Positions 29,201-44,055 of a DNA stretch of 64,000 nt are shown here, one piece after another. The DNA comes from Rotaria socialis (Eukaryota), in the NCBI GenBank assembly GCA_905331295.1, contig CAJNYD010000224.1, positions 1-64,000 of the forward strand, written 5' to 3'. The notes beneath the pieces are model-generated. The model did no database searches, was not told the origin of the DNA, and was given only the letters and a program-made list of their open reading frames with translations. The stretch's first letter is position 1. Each line of letters starts with the position of its first letter. The position numbers were made by a program, and so were the translations under genes.

Positions 29201-30504
29201 ATCTTCATATGATGTAGTTAGTGATCGACGTGATAAGAATGGAGAAGAAGCGGGTGGTTGAGGTGGTTCTATTTTTGAAGCAAATGTATTCCATAGGCCT
29301 CGTGTACTTTCAAGTGTACGACGTGCTTTAATACCAGTAGTATTTGAACCTACTGGATCATAACGACGAATTAAACGAAGAACAGTTGAATCCATCGTTA
29401 TAATTGATTTATAATTATTACCTTCTCCAGCAACAATGGACGAAGAAGGAATTCTTGTTGATTCATCAGCATCAACATTCTAAAACAAAAATAAATGATT
29501 TCAATAAATCATGACCTTGTACTAGTTGTTAGAATGTAGATCATGCACATCACATCGTAGTCTATTTCATACATAATAAGTATGAGGAGGGGGTTAGAAA
29601 AAAGTCTTTCTCGTCCATCTCTTTTCTTCTATTCTCACACGACAAATAACTCAGCGCGTCGATAGGAAAAAAAGACAGAGAAAAATAGAGAGAGAAAAAA
29701 ATAAGGAATGGAGAACTATATTGGCATCCCACGTATACGTATACATACAGATTGTTCTAATGATGAGACGTGTGTGCGTCCAAAAGAATATGGTAGCAAT
29801 AGCTACCGGAAGGAAAGAGGGCAAGAAATGGCAATAGAAATAACAGCGAGTCACTATCATCATTATCCATTATCGTCTTGCTGCCTTGCCATCATCCATA
29901 AAATAGTCGAAGAAAGAAAGAGCATCGTATGTGTCCCTGAACTGCCCAAGATATACCGCTTACGATAGTCAATTGATATGTTGTAGAAAACAGAAGCGTC
30001 GATCAAAAACTAATGAATTCGTTTAACATACCAAATAAATTCTATTTCCTGTTTTTAAGCATGCAAATGAGTTTTGTAGTTCGGGTTGTTTTTGAACATA
30101 ACGATAACCCTTTTGACCTTCATTTGTAGTAGTAGTATTAGTAGTAATGGTACTATGTATAATATTGCTACTGTTGTTTTGACTACAGTTCTTATTGTTG
30201 TTTTGGCTTTTTGTTATTTGGATTGGTAAGAAAACGGTTCCGGCATTTGTTGATGACGCTGAAGCTGACGACGGAGAAGAATATGAAGAAGAATAGGATA
30301 AAGATGATGGTATCGCAGAACTAATAACGATTGCCATATCGCTATTTATAATATCTACTGGAATCGACCGAGTCAATGGTTTCTAAATGATAATAAAAAA
30401 GATAAATGAATATATTTCAATCATAGTTTAGATAAATATAAAAATACATGATTGAATGAGGTACTATTGATAGGCGATGGAGACTTCTTCTTAATAATAA
30501 TCAT

Positions 30505-30536
<32 letters not shown>

Positions 30537-30966
30537 GCTGCAGTGGGATTCCATTTAATTTTCGACGTCCATTAACAATTAATGGACGAAAATCCATTGA
30601 CTTTATCTCCATATTTGATGATGATATTGGTATCCGATAAGATTTTGGATTTGTTTGTTGTTTTTGTTTAGAAATGTTTTCATTTGTTAAAAATTTCCCT
30701 ATCATGGGTTTTTCATATGCTTGATTACTTACTGAACAGCGTATAATAGTTTCTGGAATAAATCTATTTGTGACTGTATAGCGACGTTTTGATTGCTCTT
30801 GTTCGTCAAATGGAATAGATTTTCGTTTTATGAACATATTTAAATTTTCATTGTTAGATGTTAAATTCGATACAGACAACTTATTCGAAGCACTTCTTAT
30901 CATTTGTTTTGGTTGTTGATGAACACTAGTCGCCAAATTATCATAGACACCCGATATTGGCGACAT
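13909..30966 (-). CDS. SVIL: Supervillin (long disordered N-terminus, gelsolin repeats, villin headpiece)
   Basis: Exon chain from ATG 30966 through 30382-30032, 29479-28392, 27523-26926, 26825-26197, 23864-23815, 22920-22507 and onward to TAA at 13909; junction phases were checked through the N-terminal half. Motifs RLTQPITAEEV, GAKNPLR, PYKELMLILIKGRR, gelsolin repeats (INEGDCYLL, VFDFGSELYVWNG, YGQFYSEDVYIVRW) and headpiece [48 protein letters not shown]. Confidence 0.9.
19217..19259 (-). other. Candidate alternative first coding exon of supervillin (MGQCMEKNVPIEQT)
   Basis: ATG at 19259, open to A|GTAATT (phase 1). A 74-nt intron joins it in frame to the exon starting at 19142. Confidence 0.6.
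23190..23220. repeat. (TA)n microsatellite in a supervillin intron
   Basis: Uninterrupted AT dinucleotide run of ~30 bp. Confidence 0.9.
23989..23999 (-). other. Candidate alternative first coding exon of supervillin (MGAW, continuing LCASSK)
   Basis: ATG GGA GCG TG|GTATGT is a phase-2 donor matching the phase-2 acceptor exon 23864-23815. Confidence 0.6.
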
Positions 30967-33900
30967 ACTGACTATAAAAACCTATATAAGGGATAAAGAG
31001 AAAAAATTTTGAAAAAAAATTTTTTAATCTCTTATTAACTATACCACTAGTTAAAATCGGTAGTCTATGGAGGACTGAAGAGAAAAGAAACTAGAAGTAC
31101 AAGGCAACGTCTTATACACCTGTATCCATACAATTTTCTTCAAGGAGAGAATCGAAAGCATAATATCATTCTAATTACTGTACCGATATTCAATTTAGTT
31201 AAATTGTTATTCGCTTAAATGACGATACTAACATTGAATATTATTCTTTGCTTGTAAATGTCTTACTTCGGTACAGAGAATACAATACTATACTAGAAAA
31301 GAAATAGTAAAATGAAGAACAAGAAAAAGAGGCTAAGCGCCACAAATTGAAAGACAATATACAAGCATAGGACAAGAGAAAATAAGCAAGAGAAAGAGGC
31401 ATACAAAATAAACATACATACATGTATACATAGATATGAAGCGAAAGGTTTGCCTAATCAAGTTGAATTGGTGACAAGCGTTTTGTGCATTCATGCGAAG
31501 TCTGTAACTACAGTTAGTACTATTCACTGATTCCTATTTTATGACTATGAAGTTTTAAATTCGACAGGTGTTCATAATTTGTTTGAAAATCTCATTTTTT
31601 TTTAAAAGGTAAAAAACGACATTCGACAGTAGTATCTGATTAAAACAAAAAAAAGCAGATTAATCTTATATTAGATGCACTCTACAGTGAACGTGAACAG
31701 CAAAGTATAGAGAAGAAGAGAAAATACTGAGAGCGTGCATGAGCCCGCTACGTATATCGACATAAAAATATTAGTCCTTCAACCCTAAATTCGATTGTGT
31801 AGAAAATGTAGGTGTATAGGTGTATTCAATGCGATGTATTGTCTTGCGACCGACGAATTATGTTATATTCAGTGTTTGATCTCACTTTTCAGACAGAAAG
31901 AAACCAAGAAAGTGATAAAAAAAACAAAAATTATTTCGATCAATGTCACATTAAGCTAAGCACTGTTGGCATGTATTCATGTTAGACCAGTTTTTCTTTT
32001 TCTTTTCTAAAAGAATAATCGTTAGCACTATTCGTCTCGGAATGATACTGTTAAAATCAGTCGCTAGTTTTCTATTAACGAATCTGACTAATTAAATCAT
32101 ATGAACTAATTCAAAAAGAATCGTTAAATAAGAAAAACATTATTCAACGTGTAAAATAGACAGACAAACAACTTGAACGATAAATCTCTTTCTCTTTCTC
32201 TCTCTTCTACATTCAGAATGGCTAATGAGATCTCAATTTGTTCATCCCAATATACATATTGTCTATTGACATGACATTTTGTTGCACGACAATGCAAGAC
32301 AACTACTTGCACATTGTTGAATCTTTTCTAGTCCTAAGCAATAGTGGTGATCGTTATAAAAGAAAAATAATGAGTACCTGCATGTCGATATACTCTGTGA
32401 CAGATGTTGAGCTAGTTGAATCACAAACGGTATGTGATGAATAACTATTGACAATAGCAAAACGTAAGATATGCGCTCTGACAGGCTTAGTTTTTGTCTT
32501 CTATCTATGCATTTTCTCTCTCTCTCTCTCTCTTCTCCCTATTACAGCGAATGGTAAACGAATCAATCATGCGCGTAATAAGAACATATCTTATCATACG
32601 AGCAAACGTGTGTTCACAGTATGAAAACTAGTCAAAACAGTCATATTAAACAAAAATTAACAAGGAAATGCTAACGCAAATACAACGCAGTCTGTTTTTC
32701 ATTGAGACTCTTTTGTTTTATCTCTTATTTGTGCTTACTATTAGACGATTTGATGGTCTGATCGACGAGAATTTCTTAAGTTGTCAGCTAATAATCAATG
32801 ACTAGATCAATGTCGCCTACGCACATAAATCAATCATAGCGTCTAATAAATTCGTTTCGTCTATGAATCAATGAGAAAGTCATGTTCATTCACTTTTCTT
32901 CTTATCAATGACGAGAACAGATATATACAAAATATCATTCATGTAATAGCAAAATAAAAATGTCTAATCAAAAACGGTTGCAATAAGCAGTAAAAGTGCT
33001 GAGTGACCTTCTTTCATATGGATTCCATTTATAGGCAAGCGCAAGAAAAAGACGATGATTGGCATCTCTCTTAGATAGACATGTCATTGAAGATTGCGCA
33101 AGTGATCTGTTATCAACACACAAGTGTCGATGAAATTACATGTATATATGTACCGAATGATATGCTTATCTTGATAAACGAATCTATTTTTCCGGGCTTC
33201 TTTTCAATTTGATCAAAGCCAATACAAGGACACTTAAAATCTGAGCATTTTGAACGTTGGATTTTGTTCTCCAATTATTTCACATGTTCCTTTTTTTTCT
33301 TATTAATGATTTGTTTATTCTTTGAGAAGAAGATTTGTTCATGACAACTCTCAACCTTCCCTTGTTATTCAATGACACTTCAAAGATTAATAATAGTATA
33401 ATTAGGAGAAATAGAAGCACTGCTCAATCGTTTTATGTCTCTTCTATAACTAGCAATTGAATATTTTACTAATACTCGCTTTTGAGCGTTCATCTTATCG
33501 AGTGATCAAGATCAAGTGTATTACGTTGATCATAGAATTGTCTATGTGTCAAATGTTGAATATATGATTGAAAGTAAACTTCGAAATAAAACATATTTAC
33601 AAATAGTTCAATTCAGTTTTACTCGCTAAAAGTGAAGATACTCATAAAAAGAGCAGTCTATTTTAAAATGCACAGCGTAGACAAATTTATTGATTGTGTC
33701 CATTTTAATAGATTGTTTTGATAAAGTATCTCATACGACATTCGAAATAGTCAATATGATGTTGAAAACTGATGAAACAGATAACTACATTATTTTTTCA
33801 TGATGATATTATCTCTAATAGTGATGTAATCAGTAGTGGATCTACGATGAACCTCACTCTACTAGCCTGTTCATCTTTGCATTCGCGTCAGAAGGGAGAA

Positions 33901-36900
33901 AAAAAACATAATCATTACCACCATTAACGCTATATTTTCTACATTACCTCGACGATTTGTGGGTTACATCGTTGATTTCTAGTAATCCATTCGGTTGAAT
34001 ATGAAAGTAAGCATGTTGTTCGTTGACAAATTTTCTTTAACAAAGCACTTCACTGCGTAGTAGCCTATGAAAACAAAGTCGATTTTAACATGTTGTTCTT
34101 GTCTTTACAGAAAAAAAATAGAAAGATATAAATTTCATAGTTTCAATAGTAGCTATAGAATGATTTATTGAGGACGACACAAGCTGTTAACTACAAATAG
34201 CGACAGCAGCATATAGAAAAATATATTAATTAGAAGAACAAAAAAAAGGGAAGAGCTATAGATTTGATTTATTTTGGTTTTTAAATCACAAGGTGAAAGA
34301 CCTTCAAGTTATCGAATAAGGATAATATTTTTATTGGACATCTTGAGATGTTTTTTTTTTGACGAAATAGTTATGAAGTTCTATTCGAACAAGCTGATGA
34401 CACAGAAAATCATGCTTGAAAACATCTTGTCGAGGTTGCACAAGCATAACATTGCACAGAAGCATTTAAGATAATTATTAATAAGAAAAAAAACTCTTCA
34501 ATTTATGTGGATTACTTGTCCATATTACTTAATTTAACGACGTTATATTTTTATTGGAGAATGTTTACAAATGAGAAGCATATAAATAAAAAAATACTAT
34601 TTATATTCGAAGATTCGAACGAATATTCACGCTAAAATAAAACAAGATTAACTGTCAGTTAAGCAGCTCGAGAATGGTAACAGCTAGAGATCTATTTGTA
34701 TCAAAATAGAAAAAGAAGATTTTCAGATGAATTTTTTTCTGATACAATATTAGAATGGCTAATTCTAAAAACAATAATAATCGCAAAAAATCTCATCAAA
34801 ATACTGTTTAATTTCCAGAAATGAATCAGGAAATTACTTGCTTATGTTTCAACGGAAATTGGATAAAATGACTTACTTATCTATCAAGTCAAACTGTATA
34901 GATTTCTATTAACTTCTAGCAGATTTTAAAGCATTTGCTTCAAATTTTCTTGCAATAAAACAAAATTTTCATGTAAATTTTTGAAATATTTTTGCGCAGA
35001 TGATGGATTTTAGAATAAGTTCATTTCGCATATCAAGTAAAAGAAGTGTCCAGAGTAATTATGTTTTGTTTGCTAAAAATTCAAGGCTTCCTAGTTGTGG
35101 CTGTTATCGAATTATTGACATTACACCGAATGGATCCTTAATTATGCTATCGTTAATAGAGCTGATTGAATTACTTCATCAAGTGCATCCAGATTAATTA
35201 CTTAGCAAATTGACTTTTTTTTCTTTTCGTACAGAAGAGATTTTGAATAAAACATATCTTAATTTCAATTATATGTCGAAAAATTACAATTTAGTTTTGT
35301 TTATTGTCGATTCACTTTCTTTCTCTACAGCACATTTAGCTTTTTCCATTTTGACTATTTTTGTTAAGTTTTTTATTTTAATTTAATTTAATGAGATATT
35401 AACATTCCATATATTTATTTATTAATCAATATGAAACTAATTTATCAATGCTACAAATGTGCCATATGCTTCTATGACTAAAACCATAATCATAAAAGGT
35501 AATTTGCCAGTAAACAATGATGTGCTTTATATAGCCTTTTGATTAAATAGAGAGTGCAGAATATTTTAATTATTGAAGTGTCTACACTTTGTTATTGTCA
35601 AGTACTTGGCAATGACACGTTAGGCATGATTTTGTTCAATGAGATATAATAAATCATTCGATCAGCCTTTGTCCTTCATGACAATATATTAGAATTATTA
35701 CTATACGTTGATTAATTCACAACATGTGCAAAACAAGGTCTGTCATTCAAATCGAATAAAGATAAAAACCAAGTCAAAAAACAAATTCATGGATACAATT
35801 GTATCGAATAATTATAATTATATCAGCTACATTTTATCTAATTTGGAATGATATTAGAAGTTTCTGTTGAAATCTAACTAACTAGTAACTTCTTTGATGT
35901 TGCTATTCTTGTTGTAATGCTGATGCATAACAATAAAGAACTAGAAGATAGTTATACAGAATTGCTAGTGAAGTTGAATATTAATGTTATCTTTTTTTCT
36001 TGTCTAATAGACAAATATGCTTCGATCATGCGCAAACAACATTTAACATGATTGTTTTTTGTACGATTGAACCATGTAATGCACCATAGCAAATTTTGAT
36101 TTCTCGTAAGAAAAAGAAATTTTCATTGAAATATAAATATATTTCTTTGTTATTATTATTATTATTATTATTATTGTTTGTTAAACCTCTGCACACCAAA
36201 TATGAAAAAAAATATAGCATAATAAAAAATATACTAGAAGCAGAAATATAAACACGTGTATGTTGCATACGCAAGCAAGAAAAATAAAAATTGGCAGCGG
36301 CTATTTTCATTGACCCTACCTGAGAAGTGGAAAAGAAAACGGCGCTAAGATTTACAAACATAAAAAGGTGAAAACCAAAAGCAAAGACTAACTAGAAAAA
36401 TTAATTAATCGGATATAAATTGTTTCATAAAATAGATTATTTATTAGTATATATATATGTACATTTCGAAACGTTATACGACATGTTACCGATTTTATGA
36501 AGCAATACGCATAATTCAAAATTCACAACAACAAACTACACGAAATAAAAAGTGAATAAAAGCGTGCAATAATTAAACGAAAGAAAAAGTTCATTAGCAG
36601 CGCACTTGTATTCAATTTCCTGAGTTACGTTGTTCGCTGTTATTTCGTATTAATCTTAATTTCTCTCACTTCTCGTTTTTTGTTCTGTTCTCCAAAACAA
36701 TCGTTTTTTCTGTTGGGTAGGAGAAATAATTTGTGCTTTGCGCATCTGACGATAAACAAAAATAAATTTAGAGACAGAGAGACAGAAAGATTAAACAATC
36801 AAATAATAGAAAACAAAGTTCTTTTTCTTGCTTCTTGTTGGATTTACTTTCGTGATTTATAACAACACATTTATATTAAATATCAGTTAAAGAAGAAGAT

Positions 36901-37044
36901 TGACATGAATATTTAAAAAAAAACAATAAATTTTTTATATACAAAATTTGTCAATACTGAAAATGAATAAAAAGAATACGAAATAGATTTTCATATATGT
37001 ATTTAAACAATAGTGCCATTTGAGCTTTGCGTGTTATTTTCATT

Positions 37045-40000
37045 TTAGCGTTCCATACAAAATGTATCATCACAATTAATTGGATCAATGGAAAGATCAG
37101 CCGCATTGAGCAACTGAATAATAAATAGAAAATAGAAAAAAAACAAACACATGACATTTAATATTTACTTACGAAATCATCGGGATTCAACTGTAAATCA
37201 GTTGAGTCAAGTAAATTATCAAATGAATTTGGAAAATCATTGTCCAATTCTTTCGATAAATCTAACTTTGAACTATCAACATCTATGAAATTTAAAAACA
37301 AACAACAATGAATATTCAAAAAATAAGAAAACGATCTTAAATCAAGTCTATAGTATTTTTCGAAATGAATATTAAAAATCGCGTAATCATTAGTGAATCA
37401 ATATCTATGATTCCATATTCGGCATATATTCAACCAATATAAGTGCAGTCTTATTTGAAATATTTAATCATAAAATTTTGCACATCGTTACGATTGTTTC
37501 TTAGCGACATGTCAATATTTGCAAACAAAAATTGCATTTTTCATTTGTTGCAAGTGTACTGTTTTCTTAAAGATAATAGAAAATTACTCATCAGCAAGAT
37601 TTATTGATAAGCCTGTCATATAATAAATGTTAATCTTGACATACTATAATACGTAGCTACCTATTAAATATACTATATACATTTGATAGGAAATAAGAAT
37701 CTCACGACGTATTCATTTGACTTGTTTACTTTTAATACAACAATGAAAATTCTCGAGGGAATTATGTTAATCTGCAAACGTGCAATAAAGTTCATTGTTT
37801 ATATAGTATTTTTTCTGATCATAAATTGTTTCTTAACTCATGCATCTTGATCTCGATAAATATATGAAAAATTGCATATTAGAAAAAGTCATTATCCAGT
37901 TCGACATGAACACTCAACCGAACAAGTCATGGCAAAAAATAGCAACATGCCATATCGCTTTATCTGTTTTAAAGAGATGTAGACTAGTAGTAAATGAGTG
38001 AACTGTTATTTAAAAGTTCAGTACTAATGTAGTAAAAATTGAATAAGAAATCCTTGACATTGAAGTAAAAGCAACGAAACATTTGAGAACGACCGTAATC
38101 AGTGCAAATTCAGTATATTTGCTCGATAAATATTTGAGTTAATAAGAAAATCGATATCAACCAATAACTGATCCATTTGTAATTTAAAGAAAAATCTAAA
38201 TCGAACCCTTATGAGCCTCATCGGAAGTATCGTGATCAATACATTTGATATCACGCATTTGCGCGAGTGACAAAACATAATTTCACAAAATATTCATACA
38301 TATTTAAGCGATTTATTATTTTAACGATATATTTATACACTATTTGAAACGTGAAAAAAATAACTTCTACTATAATTTTGTCTTTCAAAATAATATTACA
38401 AGTACTTTATTATTCTACCCTGTAGGACAGGATAAAGAAACATTGTTATGTACTCAATTTGAATATGAATGATCTCTAATTTATTCAAAATTGACTTCTT
38501 GATGAAACACTATATTGTAACTATATTCAACATTTTTACGAGATCCTTTGAATTAGCGAAAGGAAGAATCAATTCAAAAGTTTGTCTTTCTCCATTAAAG
38601 CGAATGTTAGCAAAATCGGGTGCTTTGCTTTGGATTACGGAGCAAATGAACTTTCTGGCACCACTAAAACGAATGAAAACTTTCCAAGAATGCGAGGATT
38701 ATCTCGCAACTCAACTCTTGTTACCATTCAAAATATACATCTACCTATAGTAAAAACAAACTGCATTACAACTAGTCTTTGTTGTGTAACTGTTAAAAAA
38801 TGGCATTAATATCAAAATAGAAATTCTCCAGCATATTTCATGTTAAGTGGCGGGTTTTAGAGAACAAACCAAAGAAAAAATAACGTATGCAGCCCAATAA
38901 ATAAAATTTGCACTTACATGATTAATATAATTGCTTTTGAACTGAAATATTAACGATTACTGAGGTAAGAAAACACTCTACAAATTTTCTCGCAACAGTG
39001 AAATCAACTAGTTCTTATTATTTTTATATTATTACCGTGAAGTAGAACGTCATATTTCTTTTTCTAAATGTATCTTCAATGAAGATGATAATATATCTCT
39101 TAGCATGTCTTAATGAGTAAATGTGATAGTATAATGGAAGAGAACTGTCGATTTTCTATATCAAATAGTTTCTTATTTTTACCTGTTAAAATTATATTTG
39201 GAATAGTTGGACTTTTCTGATTGGTTGTCGTTATATTCATTGCTGTTTGATTATGCGAATACGGCAATGACCTAAATGATACAAACCAGTGTTTCTTTGA
39301 GGGTGTAACATAAAAGAATTTCTAAAAATCTTACATATCATCCATGAATAACGGATAAAAATTCATTTGTTGTTGTTGTTGTTGCTGTGGTTGTTGTTGT
39401 GATGAAGGTGAAGATGGTTTTTGTTGAGCATAAAAATTATTTTCCTGAAAATGATTCTTTTATATTTTATTCCATTCAAGTGGAAGTTATTTACCAACGT
39501 AATTTGATCAAATTGGTTCGGTAATGTAAAATAAGTTTTCTGATTATCTGTAGACTGTTGTTGTTGTTGTTGCTGTGGCGGTGAAAATGGTGTCAGTTCA
39601 TTACTGGGACTTGGCAAGAAATTTGGAGAGTTTTGCGGTGAATAACTGGGTTGAGATTGAGGACTTTGTGGCTCCATTCGATAATGATTCTGCTGATTCT
39701 AGAAAAATTTAATAAATTATTTTCCATGAAAATAAAACATGAACTAACTGTGGAAACATCGGGTGATGGTGAATGTTGTCGACGTGGTGACGATTGTTTA
39801 TGATCGCCAATTGGACTATGACGTCGACGCATACTTGAACTTTGTTTCAATGGACCTATTCTTGATATTAATTGTTGTTGTTGTTGTTGTTGTTGTGGAC
39901 ACTAAATGTAAACACATTAAAACAACAATATTTTTTATATATTCTTTATTTCATTTTTAAAATAAATATTTAGTACCAATGCAAATAAATCGGCATCGTT

Positions 40001-41100
40001 ATTTTGTTGTGGTGAAGACGAACGAAAATATGGTTGGGCTGTAGGCGTTGAGGATGATGGTACTGTTGGAAATGATATTTGTTGAGTATTATAGGTACTT
40101 CCAATACGTAAATCAGGCAATGAGCCACCATTACCACGTGCCTGCTGATTAGGTGGTAACAAAAGATCATTTGAACTTGTATTTCCGCTACTATATCGTA
40201 GACCTAAGCCAGCATGTTGAGTATTATTTGTTGAAGATGCAATAGTTTGTTGTGGAATAGACAGAGTTTGTGGTGATTGATAAAAGACATTGACGTTATT
40301 ATTAGCATAATTATTATTATTTAAATCGTAATAGTGTTGAGTTTGAAATTGTGAATTCGACACTTGCAAAAGATGAGAACTTGGAAGTTCACCACCGTAT
40401 ATGTTGGTATCAAATTTAATATCATTATTATCATAGTTCAACTGTTGATCTAGACAAATAAAATGAAACCTGTGCTAATCGTGGGTTTAAACACAAACTA
40501 TTATCTTCATTATCAATTTGAGCATGATATTGTGCAATAGCTATTGGCATCACAGTTTGATGAAGCGATGGATCCGAATGAACTCTATGATGAAACAAAA
40601 TAGCCAAACAGAATTTTGTTTTGTAATTTCTTTTTCTATTACCGTCGCCATGATGAATTATCAGGTGGTAATAATAATCGATTGGAACTATTGCCATTTT
40701 CATTCTAAATCATAAGCAATCTACATATATTCTTATTAGCATATATTTAACATACTTTCATGCATTGATTGATATAAGTATAATTATCTGAATTATTTAT
40801 CCCATTCGCTATCTGATAAAAATAAAAATAAAAATAAAAATCTTGACAGATTAACAAACAAACTTTACTTCATATCTTCGCACCGGTGCATCCAATTTAC
40901 ATGTTATTGTTGACGCACGATCTGCTCCCTAGAAATAAATTTTTGTTTTTACACAATTTTCCTGTTTTGCAATGGTTTTTGTTTCATACGTTTTTAGCAG
41001 CTTCGACTTCATTAATAATTGTCTTAAATGCTGCGTCACCTTCCGCTTGTTTCTGTTGAATAAGAGCGATTTTCTCAGCGAATTTACGTGGACTACTCAT
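37045..41100 (-). CDS. CRTC: CREB-regulated transcription coactivator (CRTC/TORC)
   Basis: N-terminus MSSPRKFAEKIALIQQKQAEGDAAF (TORC_N), 14-3-3/SIK-type sites WRRVHSDPSLHQ and GGSLPDL, calcineurin-docking PNIILT (~39184-39201), C-terminal DPINCDDTFCMER* ending at 37045. Confidence 0.93.
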
Positions 41101-43007
41101 CGTGAGTATCAGTTACATTAGGTAACAGAAATAAGGAGTACTATATTAAACGAACCAAAAAGTACGTGAGAAACACGATGGAGTATGTATGCAGAAGGAA
41201 GAAAAGAAGAAAACGACGAGAAATGAAGAAAGCAAAAAAATAAAAAAGCAAAATCTGAAAAAACAATAAAAAACAAATATGTACAGACACGAATAAGAAA
41301 AATAGAAATAAGTAACTTACAGAATAATTTATATGTCAATGCAGTGAATAAGAATCGAATTCATTTTCAATAGACATCCAATAGTCAAACTATGGCATTG
41401 TAATTTTTCTTTTTTATAATATCTGAAATGAAAAGCAAAACAAGGGAAATACTTTGAAATGCAAACAGAAGACGACACGAATCTAAAATTCTTCCTTTTT
41501 TCATATTCGAGACTTCGTTGTTTTTTTTCCGTTTCGATGGTAAACTGAATAAGAATATTGACGTATGACACGTCCTTCAAAAATATAATTATAACGTTGT
41601 CCAATTGAAAATAAATATGACAAGCATTGACTTTAATCTCAACGAGAACAGAAACGAAAAAATATACGAATTGGTCATACAATCTGGCATAAATGTTTTC
41701 TAGAGGGTTTGTGTTGATAAATTTTACTTGTTGTTATTTGAAAGTGCATGTTTTTTTTTCGGGAATCAAGTAACCAATTAGAATGATGATCACGAATTTC
41801 GTCAGTTTTAAGTCCAATTAAATAATATTTAATGATAAATGAATGATTTTCATATTGAATTCATGTTGTTTTTCTGCTTATTTTGCAGACGACTCTACTG
41901 CTGATTACTGATTAGTAATTGAATAGACCAATGGAAATTTAATAAAAACTAAAGGAATTCAGAATCAGAAGTATCCTTTCAAAAACAAAAGGTAGTTTCT
42001 TTTTTCTTTTTCTTCATGGGATAAGTATTCTATCGAATAGAAATCCAATCATATAGAAAGGGTGTATTTGTTTATCGAATGGTTTTTATCATAGAAGAGA
42101 AACACAAATGGTGTTTATGATTGATAGAATTATAGCTTCAGTCGTCGTTACAGTTATATCATAAGTGTCGATATTGATCTGGCATAAGATTATTTTGACG
42201 GTTAAAGCGATAAGTATTTATCAGAGCACTCGAAGTCATTAGCATTGACTGGTGCTTTTTTCCTTCTTTATGGGAATATCAAGTTAAATTCAGCGATAGC
42301 TGATGAACAAGATTATTACCTTAAGTCAGTCATTATTGGATTTAGAAGCACAATCCCTTGAGTTTGACATCTATTTATAATATTTGAAAGGTAACACATA
42401 AAACAAAAACATGTAACTAAGTTATTTTTATGGGTTGCCCTTAGTGCTTCACATTTGCAAAAAAGTGTTTCAACACGTTCGAAAAAGATTAATATGATAA
42501 AAACAACAAAGTACTGTATTTAAAAAAACATTTACATTCTCTTCAGAATAATGAACAGTGACCCATGGAGAATTTCGCTAGCAAATGTTTAGTGAATGTT
42601 GAAACCTATTTATTTCATACGAAATAAAAGAAAAAGTCAGTTTCTAGTGTATGCTGGTGATTTTTGCTGTATTACTAGTTCGTGATACGATTGTAGATAT
42701 GATCGGAGCGATAATTACAAGTTTTATGGCACGAATAAAAATTGTTTCTTCCAATATTTTATGCAACACATTGCAATGTTTCATACGATATAACACTCAT
42801 AAGTACCCATGATCTGTATATTAAAATAGAGTAGCTGCGAGAGGATAACGAACTGTTTAACTGTAAGTGTCATGCTAATCCTGGTTAGAGGGCACATTTT
42901 TTTTTTCGTACGAATTTCTATCCAGTTAGAAGCACAACGACAGATATTGAAAATGTCGATCGAATTTTTTTGAAGAAATAATTATTATTCTGAAACCTTT
43001 TAGACAA

Positions 43008-43895
43008 ATGGAGACACGTCGATTCGAGATAACACCTGTAGTTGAATCAAATCATGAAACTTCAGCAATGCAACAAACTGAAATGGTTCCATTAATTAAT
43101 ATTGAAAATGAAATTCCACGACCATTATCTACTTATATCGCATCAAATGATGGAAAAAATAAAAATCGAACAGGATCACGCTTATTTAGTAAAATTTTAC
43201 AACAACGATATTCAGATATTCGTCGTCGTGCTACGGTTGCAGCTGCAGACGATTTTAGTAGTGATCAAATTACAAAGAGTTCATCAGCTGATATCATACA
43301 TCAAACGGATTCAAAATCGACACTATCACTTCCATCTCGGTACACAAATGCTGCTATTGACCAACAAGTTGAAGAAATTAATACTTACTCAACAATACAA
43401 TCAAATAATTATGATACAAATCCATTGAATGTAACAAATAAGTTTCTTCAAGAACTTCGTTTAAAACGTCGTGAATTACGAAACAAAGCAAAAAATATTT
43501 CCATTGATCAACGTATCGCTTTTAATCGTCGACAAAATCAACGAGTAATCGTACGTGCACAAGATATATTCGATGTACATTTTGAAACACAGGATGAAGA
43601 TGATACGCCAATACTAGAATCGACTATATTCACTGAAGAATATCAAGAGAAAATTCGTGGTGATATTTTTAATGAACTAAATCGTCAACGCATGAAAGAG
43701 TATCGTAAAAATCAACGACATTTATTACTTGGTCGATCATTATTAATGTTCATGACAGTATTATTCCTATTCATGAGTTTGACATTAATCTATGTTGTGT
43801 TCGACTTATTTGGTCGAATAACCTATTTAAATGCAAAAATACCGGAAAACATTTTTATATCAATGACTTATGATCAGAGAATCAATTTGTATTGA
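43008..43895 (+). CDS. Uncharacterised 295-aa protein with one C-terminal transmembrane helix
   Basis: Intronless 888-bp ORF in AT-rich DNA with an acceptor-like TTTTAG just before the ATG. Hydrophobic stretch LLMFMTVLFLFMSLTLIYVVF follows a basic coiled-coil-like region. Confidence 0.8.
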   Translation: METRRFEITPVVESNHETSAMQQTEMVPLINIENEIPRPLSTYIASNDGKNKNRTGSRLFSKILQQRYSDIRRRATVAAADDFSSDQITKSSSADIIHQTDSKSTLSLPSRYTNAAIDQQVEEINTYSTIQSNNYDTNPLNVTNKFLQELRLKRRELRNKAKNISIDQRIAFNRRQNQRVIVRAQDIFDVHFETQDEDDTPILESTIFTEEYQEKIRGDIFNELNRQRMKEYRKNQRHLLLGRSLLMFMTVLFLFMSLTLIYVVFDLFGRITYLNAKIPENIFISMTYDQRINLY

Positions 43896-44055
43896 TTGGA
43901 TAAAATAAATATCAAAGGCGCTCCTCTAGTCCTGTATATATGTATTATACGCATGTTTGTCGCTCAATGATAATTGATTTTTCGTAGATTCTATCTTATT
44001 AACTCTAATTTACTATCTTCAAAATAGATTTTCTTCGTGACGTTCATGATATACT

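Noticed and set aside
31000..37000. Short ORFs between supervillin and CRTC
   Set aside because: Low-complexity translations with no coherent exon chain; probably UTR and regulatory DNA.
41559..41565. CRE half-site TGACG upstream of CRTC (autoregulation)
   Set aside because: A 5-bp motif is expected by chance and there is no conservation data.
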